The translations under genes were made by a program, and so were the position numbers. A DNA stretch of 51,890 nucleotides. Origin: a virus (taxonomy: Duplodnaviria; Caudoviricetes). Shown piece after piece: positions 1 to 8,917 of this stretch. The stretch is taken from IMG/VR virus record IMGVR_UViG_3300010413_000050, positions 1 through 51,890 of that record; one strand, given 5' to 3'. The stretch's first letter is position 1. The number at the start of each line of letters is the position of its first letter. The notes beneath the pieces were generated by a model, which did no database searches, had not been told where the DNA came from, and was given only the letters and a program-made list of their open reading frames with translations.

Positions 1-144
1 AGTGGCTCGTGAAGTTCTTGATGAACCCCACACCATACAACCGGGAGAGCAACACGGCAGGGCTCGTGAGGTGCGATGCGAAGGAGCAGCGGCTTTTGGC
101 GAACCCGCAGGGCATCGCGGACAACTGGTCTTCGTACATCAAAG
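1..144. repeat. Terminal direct repeat, copy 1 (circular assembly overlap)
   Basis: Bases 1-144 are identical to 51747-51890 and lie inside one continuous reading frame, so the contig is circular. Confidence 0.97.
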
Positions 145-512
145 GCGCGCCTGCGCCCGGGACGTCGGAGATCGCGACCGCGCTCCGGTCGCTGTCCGTG
201 CCGGTAGTGGCGAAGGACGGGAGAGAGAAGATGCGCGTACAGCTTCGGTGGGGAGGGAGGCATACGAGGTACTCGGTGGTGAACTTCGAGGCGCTGCTCG
301 CCTGGAGTCGACGGCACAACATCGGCGACCCTGCGAGCATGTGCTTCGCGCTTGGTATCGAAGCGACCGAGGCACACCTACGAACGCGGGAGATCGTCGA
401 CGAGGACGTCGAGGAGACCCCGGACAACGTCGCCGAGCTTCGAAGGAAAGGGCAGGTGCCGACGGGCGTCCGCGAGGACGGCGGTCTGGACTATGGCGCC
501 AAGGAGGATTAA
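3..512 (+). CDS. C-terminal part of primase-helicase (continues from 49709 across the junction)
   Basis: Same frame as the ORF running off the right end (WLVKFLMNPTPYNRES); stop TAA at 510-512. Confidence 0.9.
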   Translation, partial: WLVKFLMNPTPYNRESNTAGLVRCDAKEQRLLANPQGIADNWSSYIKGAPAPGTSEIATALRSLSVPVVAKDGREKMRVQLRWGGRHTRYSVVNFEALLAWSRRHNIGDPASMCFALGIEATEAHLRTREIVDEDVEETPDNVAELRRKGQVPTGVREDGGLDYGAKED

Positions 513-513
513 G

Positions 514-1281
514 GTGAAAGTCAGCCCCACTCAGATCGTCAAAGCGCGCCGGTGCTGGCGGATGATTGGTTACGAGTACGTCGAGGGCTTCCGGCCGCCG
601 CCTTCGTCGAAGCAGGAGTTCGGCCTCGAGGTCCATCGCCAGCTCGAGCGCTGGCTTCGTGACGGCGTGCTGCCCGACGACACGCCCGAGGGAAGGACGG
701 CGAAGCAGGGCATCGTCGGGCGCTGGCTACCGCCTCCCGGCCCGGAGCTCCTCGTCGAGCACGAGTGGCAGATCGACCTCGGCGGCGACATCATGCTTGG
801 GGGGATAGCGGACTGCGTGCAGAAACCGAGCTCGAGAGGCGGCGTGCCGCTCGTGATCGACCACAAGAGCACGTCGAGCTTGCAGTGGGCGCTGACCCCC
901 GAGCAGCTCGAGCAGGACGTGCAGGCGATTTTATACTCGCTCTGGGCGGCGTTCGAATGGGACGCGCCGGCGGTCGACGCGCGGTGGATCTACTACTCGG
1001 CGAGCAATCCCAAGGGCGGGGGGGTGAGAAAGCCGACGGGCGCGAAGCCCGTGAGCGTGCGTTTTGATATGCGCCTTGTGCCGGTGATCGAGCGGGTGCA
1101 GGGGATACTCGGCGACGTCGAGGAGATCGTGAGGATAAGGCGCGCGGGGATACCGGGGAAGGCGCTGTCGCCGGACCCTGCCGCGTGCGAGATGTTCGGG
1201 GGGTGCTTCCACAAGGGGAGATGCGACGACCTGGGCGCCGAGGACCGGGTCTACGCAAAATTTGCCAAAAAATATACTTGA
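514..1281 (+). CDS. Cas4/RecB-like PD-(D/E)XK exonuclease
   Basis: GIADCV..VIDHKS..DVQAILY motifs; one N-terminal Cys plus CxxxxxCxxxxxC (Fe-S-type); GTG at 514 after GGAGG. Confidence 0.85.
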   Translation: MKVSPTQIVKARRCWRMIGYEYVEGFRPPPSSKQEFGLEVHRQLERWLRDGVLPDDTPEGRTAKQGIVGRWLPPPGPELLVEHEWQIDLGGDIMLGGIADCVQKPSSRGGVPLVIDHKSTSSLQWALTPEQLEQDVQAILYSLWAAFEWDAPAVDARWIYYSASNPKGGGVRKPTGAKPVSVRFDMRLVPVIERVQGILGDVEEIVRIRRAGIPGKALSPDPAACEMFGGCFHKGRCDDLGAEDRVYAKFAKKYT

Positions 1282-1306
1282 CGCATTTGCGACAAGCTGC
1301 TAGAAC
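1278..1306 (+). promoter_or_regulatory. sigma70-type promoter
   Basis: TTGACG-17 nt-TAGAAC with TG extension and A-rich upstream tract; GAGGAGG RBS and ATG 1329 follow. Confidence 0.6.
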
Positions 1307-1328
1307 CAAAAAAGAGGAGGACTGAACC

Positions 1329-2156
1329 ATGACCGACCAACCATCATTACTCGATCGCCTGAGACAGCTCAATAAAGGCGCGGCGGAGCCGTCGACCCAG
1401 GTCCCGGCCGAGGCACCGAAGAACGGCTTCAACGCCGAGGGAGTCGCTCAGCGAATGCGCGATTTGGGCCAGGGCGACGGCATCAATCCGCCCGAGGGCG
1501 CCGCTCCCGAGCAGGAGGGCGCGCAGGGCGCCCCGCAGGAGTCGCCGAAGCTCGGACCCATGCCCGCGCCCCCGGGCGAGCAGGAAGGCGCTCAGGGGCC
1601 GCCTGCGGCCTCGGAGGACGGCAAGACGCCGTGCCCGCACTGCGGGAAGGGCTACAAGCACCTTTCGAAGCACCGCTGCAAGCTGGCGCCGGGGTTGGAG
1701 GCCGCTTACGTCGAGCCGCCGGTCGAGGCCGAGCCGAGGAACGCCGAGCCGCCGCCTCCCGCGGTCGAGGTAATCATCACGCCATCGGAGCACGTCCTAG
1801 CACCGCCTCCCGCCGCCGAGATATGGAACGAGCCACGGGAGGCGCCTGCGGCGTCTGACGGCTACCTGCTCCTGATAGACGCCATCTACGAGGCGGCGGA
1901 CGACACGGACATCGTCTACCTCGGCGACATCGTGGCGCCGCTATGCGAGGCCGTGGCGCGCGAGAACCGCGTCGAGCAGTGGCAGCTCGTCGAGTACGCG
2001 CGCGGTCCGGGGTTCCTCGCACAGAAGCTGGAGAAGTGGATCGTCGAGGAGGGGATCGAGGGCGCGGTGTACCTTGACTCGATGACGGCCGAGGGGAAGG
2101 CGTGCAAGGAGGTGCTCAGGAGACACGCGCGGGCGGTCATTCAGGGGGTGCGGTGA
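1329..2156 (+). CDS. Hypothetical protein with Pro/Glu-rich linker and zinc-finger-like motif
   Basis: Strong RBS; CPHCGKGYKHLSKHRC motif; phage-like codon usage. Confidence 0.75.
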   Translation: MTDQPSLLDRLRQLNKGAAEPSTQVPAEAPKNGFNAEGVAQRMRDLGQGDGINPPEGAAPEQEGAQGAPQESPKLGPMPAPPGEQEGAQGPPAASEDGKTPCPHCGKGYKHLSKHRCKLAPGLEAAYVEPPVEAEPRNAEPPPPAVEVIITPSEHVLAPPPAAEIWNEPREAPAASDGYLLLIDAIYEAADDTDIVYLGDIVAPLCEAVARENRVEQWQLVEYARGPGFLAQKLEKWIVEEGIEGAVYLDSMTAEGKACKEVLRRHARAVIQGVR

Positions 2157-2899
2157 TGAAAGCGCCCAATGATGTGGCGCAAATCGTCGAGCGCTTGCTG
2201 TCCGTCTATCGCGTCGAAGTCGAGGCGATGGTGCCACCTCCCGAGCAGCCCGGCACCGAAGAAGTGAGCCGGGCATTCAACCGCTCGATCGCTGTTGAAC
2301 TTGCCAAGATACATGAGCGCATCGACAGCATGCTTCCCACGCTGTCGGTGACGGAGGTGGTCAAGAACTTCGCCGAGCACCATGAGCGCCTGGTGACTTT
2401 GGAGAAAAGCAAATCGAATACCATGACGGTCGCGCTCAACCGCGTCGAGGAGCTTCGCGAGCAGTGCGCGAAGGAGTGGTACGAGATCAAGAAGCGCTTT
2501 GACCAATACGACGGTATGTTCGAGGCGGAATATAAAGTCAGGGCGCGGGGGTTCGCGGAAATGCGGGAGCGCCTCGCCGAGCAGGACAAGCGTCTCGCCG
2601 AGCAGGACACGCACACAGCGAAAGTTCATCAACGGACCCATGGGATCGTCGATAGGCTCGATCTCTTGCATCAACGCCTCGACGAGCAGGACAAGCGCAT
2701 CGCGGCGTTCGTCAACTCCGACGCCGCGGACCCGGGGGGCTGTTCGGTAACCGAGAACGGTATTCACGTTCTGGAAATCATCATCAGCAAGACGACGGCG
2801 GAGCGCTGGCGCTGTGTTGCCTGTGGTGAAGTGTTCAACCGCGAGATGCTTCGCCATGCTTCCCTGGCCGACCTCAAGGCGTGGGGGGTGCTGCCATGA
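2156..2899 (+). CDS. Coiled-coil protein with C-terminal Zn-ribbon
   Basis: Start overlaps the upstream stop; heptad-like stretches; CVACG near the C-terminus. Confidence 0.7.
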   Translation: MKAPNDVAQIVERLLSVYRVEVEAMVPPPEQPGTEEVSRAFNRSIAVELAKIHERIDSMLPTLSVTEVVKNFAEHHERLVTLEKSKSNTMTVALNRVEELREQCAKEWYEIKKRFDQYDGMFEAEYKVRARGFAEMRERLAEQDKRLAEQDTHTAKVHQRTHGIVDRLDLLHQRLDEQDKRIAAFVNSDAADPGGCSVTENGIHVLEIIISKTTAERWRCVACGEVFNREMLRHASLADLKAWGVLP

Positions 2900-3201
2900 G
2901 CGACATCGCGGACAGCATAGCCAAGACGTTAAGAGAGGCGGGAGTGGTAGATCGCAAGCCGACGCTGGGGGAAATCACGGGAGCGATCGCCGTAGAGCTC
3001 GCCAGGATCGACGAGCGCCTGAAGAAGCTGGAGCTGCTTCGCGACATCATCAAGAGATGTGCCGTGCACTTTTTCGAAGTCGACGGGAAGACCGAGCGCG
3101 CGACCTGCAAGCACTGCGGGTTCACGGTCACGAAGCAGACCCTCGTCGAGTCCGGCTACCTCGATTACGTCGAGCAGGTGAAGAAAGGAGAAGGACCATG
3201 A
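2896..3201 (+). CDS. Hypothetical Zn-ribbon protein, partial paralog of the upstream gene
   Basis: ATGA overlap; IAVELARIDER matches IAVELAKIHER upstream; CKHCG. Confidence 0.7.
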   Translation: MSDIADSIAKTLREAGVVDRKPTLGEITGAIAVELARIDERLKKLELLRDIIKRCAVHFFEVDGKTERATCKHCGFTVTKQTLVESGYLDYVEQVKKGEGP

Positions 3202-3374
3202 CCAACGAAGAGCAGACCCTGTTGGAGCTCCTGAAAAGGATCAACGAGTTCGAGCGGCGGTGTCGGCGACTGAACGCACCGCCGGTCGTGTACAAGCGCC
3301 TCGGTCAGTTGCGAGACGAAGTCGCTCGATGGGGCACCGAGGAGATCGTGATCGACGAAGGGAGAGCGGGGTGA
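3198..3374 (+). CDS. Hypothetical protein (MTNEEQTLLELL...)
   Basis: AGGAG RBS and ATGA coupling. Confidence 0.65.
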   Translation: MTNEEQTLLELLKRINEFERRCRRLNAPPVVYKRLGQLRDEVARWGTEEIVIDEGRAG

Positions 3375-3745
3375 TGGAAGTACATATGCATAAGAAATGG
3401 CAATGGGGTGGACCTTCTATTACGATCGAGCGTGTGATTGATTTGCCCTTTGTTCCTCGAATTGGAGAGCACATCCATATTGAAATCGACGGGGGGGATT
3501 ACGACACAGGGATGCGGATTACAGAACTCATCCACGTTTTTGCCGACGATGTATATCACGTCAGTGCATGGGAAGTGATAGAAGTTGGAACGGGCATCGC
3601 CGGACCCTCGATGAAAAGAGAAATGGAATGGCTAGAAAAAAACACTGCCGAGATTGTGCGCGATGAACTGAATCTCGGATGGAAATTAGGGTCAAGCAGT
3701 TGGCGCGGCGTGCAAGAGCAACTAAAGCAAAATGAAAATTCCTGA
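3374..3745 (+). CDS. Hypothetical protein, lower GC
   Basis: Start overlaps the upstream stop; visibly more AT-rich codons. Confidence 0.65.
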   Translation: MEVHMHKKWQWGGPSITIERVIDLPFVPRIGEHIHIEIDGGDYDTGMRITELIHVFADDVYHVSAWEVIEVGTGIAGPSMKREMEWLEKNTAEIVRDELNLGWKLGSSSWRGVQEQLKQNENS

Positions 3746-3851
3746 CGACGAGCGGCGCGAGCGCGAGAGCGCCGTGGTCACATTCGTATGCGGCGTCCTG
3801 TGGCTCGCGTGTCTCATGGCCGCCGCGATCGTCTCGCGGTGTGGAGGATGA
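3732..3851 (+). CDS. Small membrane protein (39 aa)
   Basis: MKIPDDERRERESAVVTFVCGVLWLACLMAAAIVSRCGG; one hydrophobic helix; fills an operon gap; not in the ORF track. Confidence 0.5.
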   Translation: MKIPDDERRERESAVVTFVCGVLWLACLMAAAIVSRCGG

Positions 3852-3852
3852 G

Positions 3853-4125
3853 ATGAGCGGACTAGGACCTGTGGCATTCGCCGCGTTCCGCGAGATGCTG
3901 GAAGCGCTGGCGGAATGGCGGAAGCGGAAGAAGGAAGCGCGCGCAAAGCGAAAGCGCGAGAAGCTGATGGCGCGGATGAGGAAGCAGTTGGCGCGACGAG
4001 ACGCGCTGGAACTTGAACTGCGCGCGGCCGATAACGAACTGCGCAGGCGTGCGGGATGTGAGCGCCTGGCCGATAGGGTCGGCCCCGCGAAGCCTCTGGA
4101 CGATAACCCGTACGGGGAGGACTGA
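3853..4125 (+). CDS. Basic hypothetical protein
   Basis: GGAGG RBS before ATG 3853. Confidence 0.65.
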   Translation: MSGLGPVAFAAFREMLEALAEWRKRKKEARAKRKREKLMARMRKQLARRDALELELRAADNELRRRAGCERLADRVGPAKPLDDNPYGED

Positions 4126-4126
4126 G

Positions 4127-4381
4127 ATGGAAAACAAAATCGAAGCGACCACGGTCAAGGAGTTCCTGGCCGAGGTGAACGCGAAGACCGAGGAGCTACT
4201 GCTTCAGGCCCTGAAGCTATACGGCAAATCGGACAAGGGCACCGGGTTCGCGCGCGAGTACACGTTCCCAGAATACGCCGGAACGTTCCGCCGCGAGTTT
4301 TGGGTCGGAGACGAGTGCCTGCTCGGTGTGCACATCACGGTCGGCGACGGCAAGGTCACCGCGAGATGGGACGTACGATGA
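4127..4381 (+). CDS. Hypothetical protein
   Basis: GGAGG RBS; MENKIEATTV start. Confidence 0.7.
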   Translation: MENKIEATTVKEFLAEVNAKTEELLLQALKLYGKSDKGTGFAREYTFPEYAGTFRREFWVGDECLLGVHITVGDGKVTARWDVR

Positions 4382-4563
4382 AAACAAGAAAAACACCAGA
4401 GCCGAAGACCGACACCTGCCAGCGGTGCGGCGATGTTCATCCGGAATACAAGCTGAAGTACGGACGCGAGGCGCTCCCCAACGCGAAGAAGGGCGAACCC
4501 AATTCACGCTTGTGTCGAGTTTGCGATCGATGCCGCAAAGGATTTGTGAGGCTGTATAAATGA
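4378..4563 (+). CDS. Small Cys-rich zinc-finger protein
   Basis: CQRC...CRVCDRC; ATGA coupling at both ends. Confidence 0.65.
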   Translation: MKTRKTPEPKTDTCQRCGDVHPEYKLKYGREALPNAKKGEPNSRLCRVCDRCRKGFVRLYK

Positions 4564-5696
4564 CTAAGAATCGATTTCATCCGTTCGACCCCGAGCAGGT
4601 AGAGCTAACCGGCCCTGCCGTCGATAAGCTCGACGAACTGATAAAGAAGCTGCACGCGGTCCTCCATGCGGTATCGGAACTCAACCGCGACAATCGCGAG
4701 ATGTCTGACGCTGCCTGGCAACAGAGCCTTGTCGATGCCGTAGAAGAGTTCAACGCGCAGAACGGGACCTTCTTCGACGAGAACGAAGCTGTCACAGCAT
4801 GGCTACGAGGGCGATTGAAAGAGTGGGCGGAATATATAAAAACGCAAAGCACGGAAAGAGGTGTCGCCATGAGCGAGCGCTGGCTCTGTCCGAAGTGCGG
4901 ATTGCGTCTACCAAAGCCGCATGAATCTACGTTCGCAGTTTGTGACTGTGGAACTAAAATGATCGAGGAGACCGGCGACCTGCAAGGCCGACACATCGGC
5001 GAGTGGAACGCGCTCGCCGAGGAAAACGAGCGGCTCGAATTCGAAATGGCAGAGCTTCGGGCAAGGTTAGGAACAATACGTGCGTGTGCAACTCTCGAAG
5101 AAAGCGAGCAGCGCGAAGTTCACATTTTAAAAGATGCCTTACAGAAGTCCTGTGGTTGCGCACAGGTCGACGACAAAGAGGCAGTCGAGTGCACGGAACA
5201 CGCGGCGATGGGGGAAGAGAACGAGCGGCTAAAAAAGCAGGTGCGCGAGATGGGAGGTGAACCGGACAACTCCGAGCAGGGCGATGCGTTCGTGCGAAAA
5301 CTCATACTACAGAGTCACGAGTTGCTAGAGGAAAACGAGCGGCTAAAGAAAGAACTGCACCGCCATCAAGAACTGTTTGCCCACAAAAACGAAGCCGACG
5401 ACGGCACCGCGCTTCTCATTCACTCCCTACGAGAGCAGATAAACGATCTTGAAGCGAAGCTCGGCTATCCGCCGGTGACGGCACACTGGACGCGCGAGCC
5501 GCCGACGAAGCCGGGGTGGTATCATGTCGTTCGAAGCGCTGGAGGCTTCGGAATCGTGCACGTGACTCAAGCACTAGAGACCAAAGTCACAATTACCACC
5601 ACTGTTATTCAACGTGCTGGAGCTGGAGATATTGCTTGGTTCTGGTCCGAGACCGTGCGCCTGCCCGCCCCGCCGAAGGATGGAGACGATGACTAG
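4560..5696 (+). CDS. Modular hypothetical protein (Zn-ribbon plus coiled coils)
   Basis: 378 aa; CPKCG..CDCG; three EENERL repeats; internal RBS and ATG at 4869. Confidence 0.7.
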   Translation: MTKNRFHPFDPEQVELTGPAVDKLDELIKKLHAVLHAVSELNRDNREMSDAAWQQSLVDAVEEFNAQNGTFFDENEAVTAWLRGRLKEWAEYIKTQSTERGVAMSERWLCPKCGLRLPKPHESTFAVCDCGTKMIEETGDLQGRHIGEWNALAEENERLEFEMAELRARLGTIRACATLEESEQREVHILKDALQKSCGCAQVDDKEAVECTEHAAMGEENERLKKQVREMGGEPDNSEQGDAFVRKLILQSHELLEENERLKKELHRHQELFAHKNEADDGTALLIHSLREQINDLEAKLGYPPVTAHWTREPPTKPGWYHVVRSAGGFGIVHVTQALETKVTITTTVIQRAGAGDIAWFWSETVRLPAPPKDGDDD

Positions 5697-5895
5697 CGAA
5701 CAACTCTATTGGCATTGTGAGTGTGGGAATAACGAGCCAGCACAGCCAGAATACGAGCACTGGGATTCGGAACCATGTTGTCTGTGCGAGAACGGCGTGG
5801 CTCGCGTCGTGACGATTAAAGAGGCCGCAGCATGGGAGCGAGCGATTGCGCTGGGTCATTTGTGGAGGCCCGAGCCGCCGAAGGAGGAGCCATGA
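5689..5895 (+). CDS. Small Cys-rich hypothetical protein
   Basis: CECG...CCLC; GGAG RBS. Confidence 0.6.
   Translation: MTSEQLYWHCECGNNEPAQPEYEHWDSEPCCLCENGVARVVTIKEAAAWERAIALGHLWRPEPPKEEP
5868..5895 (+). repeat. Gene-junction repeat GCCCGAsCCGCCGAAGGAGGAGCCATGA, copy 1
   Basis: 27/28 identical to 8549-8576. Confidence 0.85.
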
Positions 5896-6200
5896 CCGTC
5901 GAAGGGATCAAGGCGATGCTATCTTCTTGCGAGCAGGTGCTCGCCGAGACGAAGAAGGAGCGCGATGGACTACGCGGCGATGTTCAGCGGCTCGTCGAGG
6001 AGAAGGAGCAGGCCCATCGCCTGAACGACAAGCTCGTCGACGAAGTGGCCCTGCTCCGGGAGCGAAACGACAAGCTCGAAAAACTGTTTCGCAAGAAGCA
6101 GCAGTCCTTCGACGTGTTCGAGCTGCTCAAGGAAAACAAACGGCTGAAGAAGCGCGTCGGCGAGATTAATCGACACTATCCTAAAGGAGAACGAAAATGA
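5892..6200 (+). CDS. Coiled-coil hypothetical protein
   Basis: AAGGAGGAG RBS; heptad pattern. Confidence 0.7.
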   Translation: MTVEGIKAMLSSCEQVLAETKKERDGLRGDVQRLVEEKEQAHRLNDKLVDEVALLRERNDKLEKLFRKKQQSFDVFELLKENKRLKKRVGEINRHYPKGERK

Positions 6201-6568
6201 GTAAGAAGAAAAGCGAAGACCTCGAAGAGTGCAATCCTCACGAGGAGAGCTGCAAGTGTGAGCTAACCGAGGAGGAGATCCGCGAGGCGTCGGACGCGCT
6301 CGCGCGGAAGTTCGTCGAGATCGAAAACGCCGAAGCCGAGAAGAAGGAGGTCGCGTCGCAGTTCAAGGCCGACATCGACCGCCTGAAGAACGCCGCGCGC
6401 GAGCTCGCCGCCAAGGTGCGGAACAAGTACGAGTACCGAAAGACGGACTGCGTCGACGTGTTCGACTTCTCGAAGAACGAGGTCCGTACCTACCGCGTCG
6501 ACACCGCCCAGGAACTTCGCAAGCGGACGATGACGGTGAAGGAAAAACAGCGAGAGCTCGACGTCTAG
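6197..6568 (+). CDS. Phage hypothetical protein
   Basis: AAGGAG RBS; charged helical 123-aa protein. Confidence 0.75.
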   Translation: MSKKKSEDLEECNPHEESCKCELTEEEIREASDALARKFVEIENAEAEKKEVASQFKADIDRLKNAARELAAKVRNKYEYRKTDCVDVFDFSKNEVRTYRVDTAQELRKRTMTVKEKQRELDV

Positions 6569-8268
6569 TGGCCTCTCTCCTTGAAACCTTGATGGAGCGC
6601 ACGGGGCAGACGAAGGTCCCGAGGTACGCCAAGGAGGCGTTCGGCTTCCGCGCCGTCGTCCAGCGCTCACAAGAGTTCCAGCGCATCGCCGCGCTTCCCC
6701 GGCGACAGTGGCAGACCGAGCCCTGGCTCTCGAACGTCGTCGAGATAATCAACGACGCCCTGCGCCTTCCGGCCGCCGAGCTCGGCCTGTGGCCGATCCA
6801 ATGCGCGGCGCTTCACGATGCCGTGGTCGAGGGCGGCGCGTTCCTGCCTATCGGCGTCGGCCAAGGCAAAGCGTTTATTTCCATCCTCGCGCCCGTGGCC
6901 ATGGACGCCGAGCGCCCGGTCCTGTTCGTCCCCGCCGACCTGCGCGACCAGACCCGCGAGCACGTCCTGCCGCTCATGCGCAAACACTTCCGGCTGCACC
7001 CGCGCCTGCGCGTGATCGGTTACTCGGAGCTGAGCCTCGCGAAGAATGCCGAGATGCTCGAAGACCTGAAGCCGGACCTCATCGTTCTCGACGAGGTGCA
7101 CTCGGTGAAGAACAAGGGCGCCGGTCGGACGCGCCGGCTCGTGCGCTACTTTCGCGAGCACCCGGAAACGAAGTGCGTCGCGATGTCGGGCACGGTATCG
7201 AACCGGTCGATCAAAGACTTCGCGCACATCGCCGAGTGGTGTCTCAAGACGCGGTCGCCCGTGCCGCGTGCCTGGCAGGAGCTGAGCGACTGGGCGGATG
7301 CTATCGACGAGGGGGTGGACGAGGACAAGCGCGTCGCGCCCGGTGCGCTCGAGGCGTTTTGTCACGAGAACGAGAACGTGAGGCAGGGCTTCCGGCGAAG
7401 GCTTGTCGAGACCCCCGGGGTCGTCGCCTCGGCCGAGCACGACCTCGGCGTGTCGCTGCGTGTGCGGCGGTATCTGATCGAGGTGCCGGCGGCCGTGCGC
7501 GAGGCGCTTTCGAAACTGCGAAACACTTGGGAGACGCCGAACGGCGACATCGTAACCGAGGCCGTGGACCTGTGGCGGCACGCGCGAGAGATCGCCTTGG
7601 GGTTCTGGTATCGATGGGAGCCGCCCGCACCTCGGGACTGGATGAACGCGCGGAGAGAATGGAAGGCGTACGTGCGCGAGAAGCTGAAGCACTCGAAGAC
7701 GCTCGATACCGAGTTACAGGTCTGGAACGATTGCGAGCGAATGCAGGAGGCCCCGGACGAGTGGCACGCATGGGTCAAGGTGCGCGATTCGTTCAAGCCG
7801 AATTCGATCGCCGAGTGGATCGATGATTTCGCCTTGCGGGCGTGCGCGGAGTGGATTCGCGACGGTGGGATCGTCTGGACGTCGCATCGCGCCTTCGGTG
7901 AGCGCCTCGCGAAGCCGAGGTTTTCTCAAGGTCTATACTCGTATTTCGGCGCGGGGACGTCGAAAGAGCTACTCGACTACAATCTGAGCCGCGTCGCGCT
8001 TTCGATCTCGTCACACGGACAGGGGAAAAATCTTGAGCGCTACTCTCGCAACCTGATCGTCGCGCCGCCGTCGAGCGGGAAGACTTGGGAGCAGGTGATC
8101 GGGCGCACGCATCGCGAGGGGCAGGAGGCCGACGAGGTGGAAGTCGACGTGTTTCTTCACGCGCCGGAGCTAGAGGATAGCTTCGCGCAGGCGCGCGCGG
8201 ATGCCGTGTATCTGGAGGACGCGCTCGGCAATCGACAGAAACTAAACTACGCGGACGTCGTAGTGTAG
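6568..8268 (+). CDS. Superfamily 2 (DExH) helicase
   Basis: Q motif LWPIQ; motif I GVGQGKA; motif II LDEVH; motif III MSGT; motif VI QVIGRTHREGQ. Confidence 0.9.
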   Translation: MASLLETLMERTGQTKVPRYAKEAFGFRAVVQRSQEFQRIAALPRRQWQTEPWLSNVVEIINDALRLPAAELGLWPIQCAALHDAVVEGGAFLPIGVGQGKAFISILAPVAMDAERPVLFVPADLRDQTREHVLPLMRKHFRLHPRLRVIGYSELSLAKNAEMLEDLKPDLIVLDEVHSVKNKGAGRTRRLVRYFREHPETKCVAMSGTVSNRSIKDFAHIAEWCLKTRSPVPRAWQELSDWADAIDEGVDEDKRVAPGALEAFCHENENVRQGFRRRLVETPGVVASAEHDLGVSLRVRRYLIEVPAAVREALSKLRNTWETPNGDIVTEAVDLWRHAREIALGFWYRWEPPAPRDWMNARREWKAYVREKLKHSKTLDTELQVWNDCERMQEAPDEWHAWVKVRDSFKPNSIAEWIDDFALRACAEWIRDGGIVWTSHRAFGERLAKPRFSQGLYSYFGAGTSKELLDYNLSRVALSISSHGQGKNLERYSRNLIVAPPSSGKTWEQVIGRTHREGQEADEVEVDVFLHAPELEDSFAQARADAVYLEDALGNRQKLNYADVVV

Positions 8269-8276
8269 GAGAATCC

Positions 8277-8576
8277 ATGGACAGCGTAACAACTACTCGG
8301 GAAACGTTTGACATTATCCATACCAGGGTAAAAGAGATCGAAGCCGAGCGCGACGCCCTAGCCGCCAAGGTCGCCGAGCTTGAAGCGGACAATGAACACC
8401 AGATGCAAGAGCTGTACAAGGCCGTCGAGGAAACAAACAGTTGGATCACTAAATATAATACGCAGCTTGAGCAGGTGCGGGTAGCTTTACGAAAAAAAGG
8501 GCAGTGGGATTACGATACGTTACTAGAAATCAAGGCCATCCTATCCAAGCCCGACCCGCCGAAGGAGGAGCCATGA
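8277..8576 (+). CDS. Coiled-coil hypothetical protein
   Basis: AGGAG RBS; lower GC. Confidence 0.65.
   Translation: MDSVTTTRETFDIIHTRVKEIEAERDALAAKVAELEADNEHQMQELYKAVEETNSWITKYNTQLEQVRVALRKKGQWDYDTLLEIKAILSKPDPPKEEP
8549..8576 (+). repeat. Gene-junction repeat, copy 2
   Basis: 27/28 identical to 5868-5895. Confidence 0.85.
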
Positions 8577-8887
8577 GCACACTTGATAATTGGCTAGCAA
8601 TAACAACGCATTACTTTGAGATTCCAGAGGGATATGAAATTGCAAATCCGCTAAGTGAAAAAGTTGAGCAGTTAGAGAAGAAACTACGAAAAATCACGAA
8701 TGATGCAGCCTATTACCGTCGTGTTCTGCGAGGCATTTTTGGAGCGCGGTTTAAGGGTGCCGCAAAAAAAGCATTCGACAAGCATTATATTCGTATGACC
8801 GATAACGACATCAACAAATTAGTGGACGAGGTGGAGGCAGTTTTCCCCAAGATCGAGGGCATCGGTGATTATGAGCCGCAGGACTGA
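8573..8887 (+). CDS. Hypothetical protein, AT-rich
   Basis: RBS inside the junction repeat; AT-rich codons. Confidence 0.7.
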   Translation: MSTLDNWLAITTHYFEIPEGYEIANPLSEKVEQLEKKLRKITNDAAYYRRVLRGIFGARFKGAAKKAFDKHYIRMTDNDINKLVDEVEAVFPKIEGIGDYEPQD

Positions 8888-8917
8888 CAAGCCCGCCCCA
8901 CCAAAGGAGGAGCCGCG

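Noticed and set aside
1-144. Terminal repeat as a biological DTR, LTR or att site
   Set aside because: It lies mid-gene in the primase-helicase with the frame continuous across the junction; assembler circular overlap explains it.
514-1281. Cas4-like gene as part of a CRISPR-Cas system
   Set aside because: No repeat-spacer array or other cas genes; solo Cas4-like nucleases are common in phage replication modules.
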